Source of the DNA: Guillardia theta CCMP2712
Taxonomy: Eukaryota > Protista > Cryptophyta
DNA: 64,000 nucleotides
NCBI RefSeq assembly: GCF_000315625.1
Contig: NW_005434593.1
Coordinates: forward strand, 156,259 to 220,258
Reading direction: 5' to 3'
The notes below the pieces were generated by a model. The model was not told where the DNA came from. It saw only the letters and a program-made list of their open reading frames with translations, and made no database searches. Shown piece by piece: positions 54,441 to 64,000 of the stretch. Position numbers and translations under genes: made by a program. Numbering within the stretch: position 1 is the first letter of the stretch; each line of letters begins with the position of its first letter.

Positions 54441-55549
54441 AAATCAGTAGGAGGAAAATTTTCTGTGCCTGCCAGTGCCCGGTTGCTACTGAAAGCGATC
54501 CGAATCGGCTTTGCTGACACTACCCCTACCCCACCTTTTGACCGTTACAACACCCGGCCACCCTCCAACCAGATGACAAGATAAAAATCTGTTTCCCTGG
54601 TCGTATTCTCCCCTCCTTACCTTAAAAGCCCGTTCTCCACAGTCAGCGTCTCCAATTCCCCTCTCCTTCTCAGTCCCCTGCAATCGAAATCAACGATCGC
54701 CATCCAACTTACAGTTAGCTGTCCACCTCTACAAGACCGCATCACACTTCTTCTTTAGATTTTTGTTGTTCACTTCTACAAGACTGCATTGAGCTTCAGC
54801 AAGCAACAATAATGGCCAAGGACGGCTCCTGCACTCTTCTTCCTCGTATGTACTTCAAGTCTAATGTTGATAAAGGCAGTAGCCCCAAGAAACACTTTGG
54901 AAAGAGGCTTCTTCAGTCATCTCTAGAGGCAGACGGAAGCTGGACAGAGACCTACTCGAGCGGGTATGAGTCAACGGCGAGGAGGCTGTACAACAGAAGC
55001 ATCTCGTGGGGCATGATGAGCTGAGCTCCTGCTACAGAGCTCTCAAACTCGTGGAACACAGGGCTGAACAGAATTGCTGCAGTCAAAAGCGAAGGACAAG
55101 GAGGATGAAAATACGGAGGAAGGAAGCCGGACTGTTGTACTTTGATGTACATTACCCTTGAAACGACAACGATGAAGAAGTATAATTTCAAACTTGATGT
55201 ATATGAAAAGAGAGATATCATGAGCAAAAGAAGCGATTGCTGGGAACCTCCCAGGCTGATCACGTGCCGATGTACTACCGTATGCAAGCAAGGCACCTCC
55301 GCTGGATCCGACGATCACACACAAGGGTGTAGTGCAGTGATATCTAGTTTACTAGCGATGCTAGATCACTCGTGGCATGTAGCATGAGGACACAACAGAC
55401 CCATCTCACTGAACAACAGGCTGATCCTCTTAGGCTGAGCCTCGGAGGGAACTTCGGAAGGACTCCAGGGCTAGACAGCGGCGGGAGTCCGGAGTCCTTG
55501 TCTCGCAAGCTTGTGCTCTTCTTCATTCTTAACAGCCTCCAGTGAGAAC

Positions 55550-55980
55550 CACCGGGTGACCCGTACTCAGTACTTAGTAATGAGGAGGCTCTCTCGGGCA
55601 CCACTGGGTCATCCGAACGAGTCACTGGACTACTCAGTCAGCGCTCTAGCCTTCGGAGCAGTGACCGTACGTGAGTAGTACAGTGTTTTTGCAGTCAGTG
55701 CAGTCGGACGGTCCCGGCTCAGTTACCGGCGTGTCACTGTGCGGCCACGGGTCCGGGCATGACGGTCGGACTCAGCTGCAGGCCGCCGCGTTGGCCAGGC
55801 GGGCAGCGGCAGGACTCGGCGGCTGTGAGACTCTGCCGGCCGGGTGGCCCGGCCCGGGCGCCCGGGCCCAACGGTTGGTCGGACTGAGGCAGGCACGGCC
55901 TGGCACGGCCTTATACCGACTCACTGAGAGTAGTGTGTACCGGGCGGCCTGGATGACCGTCACGGCCGTTCAAGCCCAAG
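55550..55980. repeat. GC/CpG-rich island of the same type
   Basis: ACTCAG/CAGTGAC/CCGG-rich block. Confidence 0.4.
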
Positions 55981-58079
55981 GAGCATGTGGCTTTATCACC
56001 CCCCTAGAACAGAAACCAGCCAAAAGGACCCGTACAGGAAGATTTTTTGGGGGTTTGGGAATTTCAAGCCTGAGTCAACCTAAATTGCATTACTTCTTGA
56101 AATTGTTGTGGAATATTTGAAGTATTGAGAAGTTGAGTATTTCGTTTTTATTTGAAATATGAATATTCCCGCTTTTTTTTCCCCTCGTAGGCCACGGCTC
56201 TTGGAGAAAGTTTTCAATTTACTACTGGCATGGAAGGGGGTGGGTCCTCCAAACGGGGCTACTATTATTGTACAAAAGGACCGACACTACTGGTGGGTGG
56301 GGTCATGGAGTACTGGACATATGGAATGTGAAGGGTATCCTGTACCAGGCGGAAGAGAGCGTTGGGGTTTCAGTGTCAGTACCAGGGGGTAGGGTGGTAC
56401 GGTTAAGGGAAAAGGGTCGGTCAGTAGTGAGAGAAAGGGTAGGGTCTCACACGAATTGGAGCAAACGGGAGCACTCTTTGTAATAATTTGATAATAAAGA
56501 ATCGGTACAATTTAAAATTCAAAAATGTTTTAGAGTGTTTTTGATTCATCAGCGGCGTTTGGGATTGGAATGGTAGTCATGAACATCATGACGAAAGAAA
56601 TTGGTCACATCATTTGAATTTGGAGAAAGATGGTTGAAATCGTCTTGAAAAATATTTTCCGAAAATGTTTCCTTTAATACAATCCTTTCAAGAACAACTA
56701 AAAACATTTATTAATAAATATTTTGTTGTAGTCATCCAGTAATGCGACGAACAAAAAAATATTTCTTAGTTTTAAGTTGCCTACTGAACTAGAAAGCTCT
56801 CGATGGCATCTCAAACAACCCCCCACCCCCCAATACACTACGGGTACCCCGGGATTTTCAATGGTTCACTCTAATAGACCCGGTAGCATTACAACACCCC
56901 ACTTGGACCTCTACCCACCCAATCCACCTACCCCTGACAAAATAAGATAAAACTCCTTTTTAAACTTTGTGTTTAAAACACCGAGGGGGCTATCCACCTA
57001 CAGCTCGACCGTATCTGATACCAACTACCTATAATATTTATTTTAATCATTTCAATTGTAAGAATAAAACTCTTGAGCTTCCACCATAAAAAATGCTGGC
57101 AGGGACTTTGGCGCCGATCGCGGCTGGGATGGAAGAGGCTAAAGAGGATGTGGGGGTGTTGATGAAGAGATGGGAGCGGGAGCAGTCAGATTTTCCAGAG
57201 GAAACAGACATGTTGCATGAATTGAACAAGACAAGAAGTTTGATAGAGGCAATCTGAGCAAGTTTTACGAGCGAAGAGGAAAAGTTGCGGCTAGATGCGG
57301 GATGGGACAACAAGAGCGGGGACCCGCATCAGCTCCACGAAATGAATAATTTATTGAGTTGATATTCTAGCTTGACCGAGAACAATATAGTGACATGAGG
57401 ATCATTGCTCAGTTCGCATGTAGTAGCCGCGCTTCGGTTGTGACAGTCACCGATGGTTCTAGAGGTGTATGAGCAGCTTGCAGACCGCAGCACGGCCCTG
57501 TGGATGAGAGAACGATGAGCAGATGATGACATGTTGTATCTCGATTTTTGGTTGAGTAAGTTGCTGTGAGATGCGTATTTGGAGGCATGGTTGACTTACC
57601 TTGAAGCTGAGGGAGCGACAGGAGTGAGCGATGTTAGTCAAGGACGGCCAGGAAAAGGAGAGATGATAGTGGTACATGAGGCTACAGTAGGTAGCATACC
57701 GACATAGGTAGCATAACGACATAGGGTAGTGATGCAATAGATTCCATTGCACAAACCTCATGTCAGGCATGCTCCAGTCATGTTTGTGAGACTTGTTCAC
57801 AGTGAGTTTGATTTTGAGTCAGGAGGCGAAAAACTGTATATTTACTATGTTCTTATTCTTGTGCACGTGCCATGGCATGGATGCTTGCTTTGATCTTTCA
57901 TACGCGCACAGAAAGAGATGTTTCGACAGTGTTGTGGGGAAATCTGTCAGTGATTGTTTCCTTGTTTAGAAACCGGGAGCCAGCGGACAATGTGCTGTGA
58001 ATAGACAAGGAAACAGGTGCCAGAGAAATGTTACCACTTCAAGAAGCTCCAAGCCCCCCCACTTCTGGTCCGAAACAGG

Positions 58080-58830
58080 TTGGATCCGATGGATCAGTTG
58101 TTTGACGAGCTGATTCACTTTATCAGTGTGGGATAGGATGCAATATCAATACAAATGAACACGGTGAGCTATTCGTCACCAAGGTATCAAGGTATTAGCA
58201 AGTGTGCTCTCAATTTACCGTTGATCAGGTTATCCCCGGTGGCCCAGCAGCGTTCTCTTGCAACGTAGCAGTCGAGGACGTTATCCTATGCGTTGATGGA
58301 GTCAGGTCTTGAAATGGCAGCCTGTTGTAACATGAGTTCACTCGTGTCGAGCAGTGTGGTTGGTGAGACCGTGGATGATGTGAAGCGGCGAATCGTTGGG
58401 CCTGAAGGGATACCGATTGAAGTTACTTTGAGACACAAGAGACATGTGATTCACCCGATTGTCTGGGGTGACTGGATCTTACTTGATAGCAGTCCGGCGA
58501 GGTGAAAGAGCATGTCGTCCGACTTCTTCGTCAACCCCCCGTGCCATTTCCGGTCTGGCAGCTCGAGTCGCAGATGTTTTGTTCTGATGTCCGAGCAGGA
58601 ACGGCTGAGCGAGGGGCCAATCGGACTTGGACTGGACCTTGAGAGGATGGATGATGGCTCGCTGGTGGTTCGCAAACTTCAGAATGGGGGAGCGGCGTCG
58701 CTGTCAAATCAAATCAGAGTTGGTGACAAGGTGAGCTGAAGTGAGATCCTGTCGGATAGAAGTGACACCAGTGAAAGATTGTACTTGTTGACGGGATCCG
58801 CATGAATGATGTGGGACAACCGGTAAATGG
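58080..58830 (+). CDS. Exons encoding two PDZ domains (part of an intron-rich gene at ~57.1-60.5 kb)
   Basis: VIPGGPAAFSCNVAVEDVILCVDG; VKRRIVGPEGIPIEVTL; IGLGLDLER...VVRKLQNGGAASLSNQIRVGDK|IVLVDG. Confidence 0.7.
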
Positions 58831-59840
58831 TCACTTGGGTTTCAAAATGGTTTGAGTGTTTGATTTCTTCAGAGGGATTTCTCGTCGATCCTAAAGGGAA
58901 GGCCTTTTTCAAGGGTTTCGTTGGGCATTGTTAGCAATGGAATATTGAGAAATGTGATTGGAATAGGGAGCTATTTTCAATCTCACTAGTTTGCAGGTTG
59001 AAATTGTGAGGACTGTAGTACTCATGGGGGAATTTCTGATCAAGTTTAATTCGTATCAAGTATCACTGTCTCTTGTTTTGTAGCACATGTAACGGCTCTG
59101 CAGAGTGCGCTGAACCACGCCATCGTCGAGCCACCTCCGCCAAGGAGAGGTAACTTTCTCTGCAGAGGCAGGAGGGTAGATGACTGGATTCACAGATCCT
59201 GCCGTCTTCATTCCGGAGCTGTTTCAAAAGCATGAGAAGTCTCCTGCAAACTCTTCGAGCTATGGGTTGGATGTGAGTATCGGCATTGTCGGGTCCCTTC
59301 AATGATGATGATGCTGAATGATTGTTCACTTTCTTACTTTCTGACTAGGAGTACTCGCGGCAAAATCTACAGCCTGGCATGGGAGTTCGCCGATACAGAG
59401 CACGTGCGTTGACATATTAGACACCTTCATCTCTGAATTATTTTTCCATTAGCCGCGAGACAAGATCTGTCTGCCATCCAAGGTGATGATATTAGATCGG
59501 AAACGAGACATGGAGCTGCTATCTGCCACGAGGAGTACCGTGGTACTTGGAGCTTGTCAGCATTTCAGAACTTATTCGGTGATAGGTGAACATGTGCACA
59601 CAGCATTCAGACCGTTGATAGCACGTGGGGGCATCCAAGAAACCTCGCCCGGGTGACTTCACCATGTGCGATGGTGTGCAGTGGTTGACTTGGTTTGCAG
59701 CGTGGCTGATATTCTCACGCCTCATGTTTCCTTCTCGTCGAGAGACAGCATAGCATCCATTGTCAGACAGGTCTGAGCCGATTGAGAGCTAGCAGGGTGT
59801 TTGATGCTGAGAACAGCAATTCGGGGACCAAGTGGACGGG

Positions 59841-60213
59841 ATTCGTACAGTCGAGGGGCGTGAAAACTCATTCTTGTATTCTTGGCCGCATTCGCACGTG
59901 CCGAAGTGAGTTTTTCCTTGAGTCTGTGGAGACGCAGGGTTGGGTGACGTTGGATCAGGTTGTCGAAGAGTGCGATGGCACAGGCTGGTTTCGTGTTCGC
60001 TCCTGACTCCGAGTGCCCTGACAAGGTCAGGACGCCATTTCGCCGCCTGCTCCTGACCTTTCTGGCAGGTGCTCTGCGTCTTTTGTGGGCTGGAGTTGGC
60101 ATACTGGGAAGAAGGCGACGACCCTTGGGGTACATGCTTGAATAGAGGGAAGACCTCATTTGACAAGTAGACAGTTGCGCATCATGACGCGTCGCCCGGC
60201 TGTTCGTTCTGGA
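59841..60213 (+). CDS. BIR (IAP/survivin-type zinc finger) domain split over 4 exons (..59905, 59959-60025, 60069-60129, 60175..)
   Basis: Spliced: EGRENSFLYSWPH...MAQAGFVFAPDSECPDKVLCVFCGLELAYWEEGDDPWVAHHDASPGCSF, an exact C-x2-C-x16-H-x6-C match. Confidence 0.85.
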
Positions 60214-60612
60214 GGAAGAGCAGGTCCAGCTGCGACCCAGCCGGTTGTAAAGTCACCTGATGATTTTCCTTGTGCGCAGCTCGGCGGGGGAGCGCTTGAG
60301 CAAGGAGATGTTTACTGGGTGAGCTGCAGCTGGATGAAGTAGACAATCCTGACAGGCGGCAGGTACGGGTCGCCGTATCACTCCATATTCTTTTCACCTG
60401 GGGTAGAGAGATCGTTGGGCAACTTCAACTTCAGAGGTAAAGTGCTGTCCTTGCAGCCAGTCGGAGCTGATGGATGTTGCAGGTACAGACAGGCTCATTG
60501 TGACATAGGGAGGAAGAGAGAAGAGGCTGGAGGGAAAGGAGGAAGTGAAGGGAGGAGGCTGAATGTGGATTTGTTGGATCTGATATTATACTTACAACCT
60601 GAGTCACTGCGG

Positions 60613-62295
60613 TCAGCTCGCAAGGCCCACCAGCACATGAGCAACAGCCACAAGCATGGTGTCTACCCTTCTCTGACCTACTTCTCCTCGAATCCCGCTG
60701 GCAAAGTATCCTCCTCCTCCCTTGACCTGCACTTCAACTCTGCCGTGAGGGAAAGACTGCTTGATTGCCTCGACGTCAACCTCCTCCAGCAGACGCTCTG
60801 GGACGGCGACCGTGACACGTACTAGCATCCGATCATAGCCGAATTCTCGTATGCACGGCACCGAGTTGAACTCTATCGCGTTTCGACAAGCTCTCAGTGC
60901 CGCCTTGGTAACATCGACTCCCTTCTGATCTGCTCCGAAGCCGGTCTCCACAAACAGCACACGCTCCATGCCGACAACGGCCGTCACCTCAGTCGCGGCC
61001 GCCTTGTCGCTCCGCTGTGTGAGAAGGCGAGGAGAAACGAGCTTCAGCTCTGCTCGGTCCCGGCAGCCCTGCACCAGCTGGGCATTGACCATATCGTTGG
61101 AGTCGACCCGAGCAGCCGTCCTGTCCTCATCCCAGCCCCAGGCGCGCGCGTTCCTCTGCACCACCCTCGCTCTCAGCTCCTCGTCCTCGCACTCCATGAA
61201 CCAAGTGTCATCGAAGAGGCTTCTCAGCTCCCGCCAGGGCTCCTGCTCCAGCAGGAGGTAGTTCCCCTCCACCAGCACCACCCTGTCCGTCTGCTTCACC
61301 TCCAGCTGGTCCTCAACTGGGTCTCCTACGGCATGATCGAACCCCGGCACCTTCCCCTCCCGTTCCTCCCGGATCCTCCGCAAGTCACGGCAGAGCCTAT
61401 CGGCATCAAAGGTGAAGGGAGCCCCTCGTCTGGGGGCTGCCGCAGGGTCAAGCATGGCCTTGGGGATGTGATAGCCGTCCATGGGGATCAGAGCGCAGGA
61501 GACGTTCCTCTCCTTGAACCGTTGGGTCAGGGCGCTGGACAGTGAGCTTTTCCCGCTCCCCGGGGGGCCGGCGATGGCGACCCACGTCTGCCGAGAGGAG
61601 TTCATCCTCTCCCGCACGCGATCTACCAGCATATCGTAGGCGTCTCGGCTCGCGAGCTTGTAGGAGATGACGTCTCGCTCCTCCAGAGTCGCTGCGTCTA
61701 CTCCTCCTGCTCCTGCAGCAGCAGCTGCTGCTCCCTCGCCTACAACAACGTGCGCGATGACGATGATCATGTCGTCGTTCAGGTCGCCAAGGGCAGAGAG
61801 CGCAATCCCGCTGCTGAACGCTGCTCCTCCCTCCACCACCGAGAAGTGGCAGGTGCCGTAGGGGAAGACCGTTCGAACCTTGTCGAGGTCCAACGTCAGC
61901 GCATACCCAAGAGGAACTGCCAGGGTAACACGCAGGACCATGTCGGCGTACCCTCCCGGGATCAGCCCAGCAATGCTTGGGATCGAGTTGAACTCGATGG
62001 CGTTGCGGCATGCCCTCTGAGCCGCCTTGGTCGCGTTCTGACCATGCTGGTCCGCTCCGAACCCTGTCTCGATGAAGAGCACGCGTCCCACCCCCGGCAG
62101 CTTCGTCGTCTCCTCAGCGCTGCCTCGCAGCCCCAATGGATGCAGGGAGATTAAGCGGCGAGTTCGAGGTCGAGGAGCTGGGTTTTTGACGGCAAGGGAC
62201 CGCCGAGGGGAAGGGAGGAGGGAGGGAGGACAGAAGGAGTCTGCGGGAAGCACGCTTCCCAAGAGGATGAGTGAGAGGAGAAGCCTTGAGGGCAT
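60613..62295 (-). CDS. Putatively plastid-targeted fusion: Lin0512-family domain + P-loop kinase (pantothenate/uridine kinase, YggC-like) + second Lin0512 domain
   Basis: Signal peptide ...LPADS|F and R/P/S-rich transit peptide; 2x VLF.ETGFGAD..G...TKAA.RACRNAIEFNS.P; GPPGSGKS, PMDGYH, RRGAPFTFD, FDHAVGDP, VEGNYLLL. Confidence 0.88.
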   Translation of the reverse strand: MPSRLLLSLILLGSVLPADSFCPPSLLPSPRRSLAVKNPAPRPRTRRLISLHPLGLRGSAEETTKLPGVGRVLFIETGFGADQHGQNATKAAQRACRNAIEFNSIPSIAGLIPGGYADMVLRVTLAVPLGYALTLDLDKVRTVFPYGTCHFSVVEGGAAFSSGIALSALGDLNDDMIIVIAHVVVGEGAAAAAAGAGGVDAATLEERDVISYKLASRDAYDMLVDRVRERMNSSRQTWVAIAGPPGSGKSSLSSALTQRFKERNVSCALIPMDGYHIPKAMLDPAAAPRRGAPFTFDADRLCRDLRRIREEREGKVPGFDHAVGDPVEDQLEVKQTDRVVLVEGNYLLLEQEPWRELRSLFDDTWFMECEDEELRARVVQRNARAWGWDEDRTAARVDSNDMVNAQLVQGCRDRAELKLVSPRLLTQRSDKAAATEVTAVVGMERVLFVETGFGADQKGVDVTKAALRACRNAIEFNSVPCIREFGYDRMLVRVTVAVPERLLEEVDVEAIKQSFPHGRVEVQVKGGGGYFASGIRGEVGQRRVDTMLVAVAHVLVGLAS

Positions 62296-62710
62296 CTGTG
62301 CTTACGTGGGGACCTTCCCTGATACAAGAGGCGATTAGAGAGCAATAAAGAAAGAAGGATTGAAGGAAAGAATGGAGAGCAAAGAGATCAAGGCAGGAAG
62401 GTAGGGCTTGCATAAAACCTTGCCTATGTATGACATTCCTCCTGTATCCTCTTCTCCACTACATCAAATCGCTTCCAGTGACTCCTCCTCTCCTCCTCTC
62501 CTCTCCTCCTCTCCTCCTCTCCTCCTCTCCTCCTCTCCTCCTGCCCTCCTGCCCTCCTGCCCTCCTGCCCTCCTGCCCTCCTGCCCTCCCGCTCCCGTGC
62601 CATCGTCCTCTCGTATCCTCTGCTTGACCGACGCTCCCTCCTGTCTCTCCCCGCTAACTCCTGCCTCTCCCCCGCATTCTCCAGTCGGGGAAATATTTAC
62701 TCAATACCTC

Positions 62711-62738
62711 CTTTATATGTCACGTGATATCACGTGAC
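62711..62738 (-). promoter_or_regulatory. Perfect 20-bp palindrome of two G-box/E-box (TCACGTGA) sites abutting a TATA-like ATATAAAG
   Basis: GTCACGTGATATCACGTGAC at 62719-62738; ATATAAAG on the - strand at 62718-62711. Confidence 0.45.
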
Positions 62739-62838
62739 CTCGTCCCACCATGCAGGCCTCCTGTCTCGACGAGCTCCGCTCGTCCTCCGCCCCTGCAGGT
62801 TGGTAGAGATCATGCTCCTGCTCCTGCTCCTGCTCCTG

Positions 62839-62922
<84 letters not shown>

Positions 62923-64000
62923 TTGCTCCTGCTCTTGCTCTTGCTCTTGCTCTTGCTCCCGCTCCTGCTGCTGCTCCTGCTCCTGCTGCTGCTCCCGCTC
63001 CCGCTCCCGCTCCTGCTGCTGCTCCTGCTGCTCTCCTTGTCTTCTCTTTTCATCTCCTCGCGCATGACGAGTCTTCTGGCTCATCCAGGCCTTCTCTTGG
63101 GCTTTTGTCTGTCAGAAGAAGACATTGTGACGGTGAGTGAGACTTTTTACCTCCATGTCCTCCCTCCCTCTCCTTCCCTCTCTCCCTCACTTCCTCTCCT
63201 CCTTCCCTCTTACTTTCCCTCTCCCTCCCTCTCTCCCTCTCCCTTCCTCTCCTTCCCTCTCTCTCTTCTCCCTGCCTCCCTTCCTCTGCTTCCCTTCCCT
63301 TCCTCCCTCCCTCCCCCTCCCTCCCTTGCTCTCCAGCCCTCTTCTCACCTTCTCTCAAGGGCTTTGCTATCCCGGAAGATGGAGCATTTTCGGAGCAGTG
63401 GATCGAGAAGGTTTCCGAGTGTGCTGAGAATTTTCCCTGCTGACTCCAGCTGGGGCTGAGCAGGAGGCTGAGCATGTCAAGCAGCTGCTTCCAGCGGGAA
63501 TGGACGTGCTGGGATGCTTCTTCTTGCAAGGTGAGGAGAGAGAGGGAGGAGGAGAGGAAGGGGGAGAGGGAGAGGGAGAGGGAGAGGAGAGGAGAGGGAG
63601 ATGGAGAGGGAGAGGTGGAGGAGGTTGAGGAGGAGGAGGAGGTGGTGGTGGTGGTGGAGAAGGGATTACAGTGAGGAAGAGAGGGAGGGAGAGGAGGATG
63701 GGAAGGGGAAGCAAGGAGGAATGGATGGAGAGAGAGGGGAGGACAAGATCGCAGGACAGTAACAGGCAGTGAGAGTGAGAAACGTTGTGTCAGGAGGGGA
63801 GGACCAGTCGAGGATCCACAAAACCCTCCGAGCTCTCCGCGCAACCTTGGTGAGGAGGATAAGGAGGAAGAGTGGGGAGGGAGGAGGGAGGAAGTTGACT
63901 CGTGCTGCAGACTCCAGGAGGTCGCAAATTTTATGGATATGCGATAGGAGAAGATACAAAGGTAAAATTATGACATCGCTAAAGCTGTGGTCACTACAAA

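Noticed and set aside
54700-55526. Possible small minus-strand multi-exon gene
   Set aside because: Plausible, but neither exons nor product could be supported
63050-64000. Possible exons of a minus-strand gene entering from the right edge
   Set aside because: Mostly purine/pyrimidine simple repeats; coding fragments too short to call

Overview
Eukaryotic nuclear DNA from a gene-dense, GC-rich alga. Many 40-70 bp GT-AG introns, microsatellite-filled introns and a bipartite signal/transit peptide suggest a complex-plastid alga, probably a cryptophyte (inference). Contents from left to right: a coiled-coil gene; a ~9.8 kb palindrome (two ~3.9 kb arms) carrying two divergent ABCG half-transporter genes; a large GNAT/bromodomain/LysM chromatin gene; a histidine-phosphatase gene; a 7-exon selenoprotein F gene with in-frame UGA and a SECIS element; a soluble adenylyl cyclase-STAND-TPR gene; a ~15.6 kb gene for a giant Ig-repeat ectodomain with a STRA6-like membrane domain; a decayed Crypton (tyrosine-recombinase) transposon; a PKD2/TRPP channel; PDZ- and BIR-domain exons; and a plastid-targeted Lin0512-kinase-Lin0512 fusion. 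There are five 100-N gaps. Most ORF-track entries are artefacts of introns, antisense frames and simple repeats. Family assignments come from motif recognition by eye; no database search was run.
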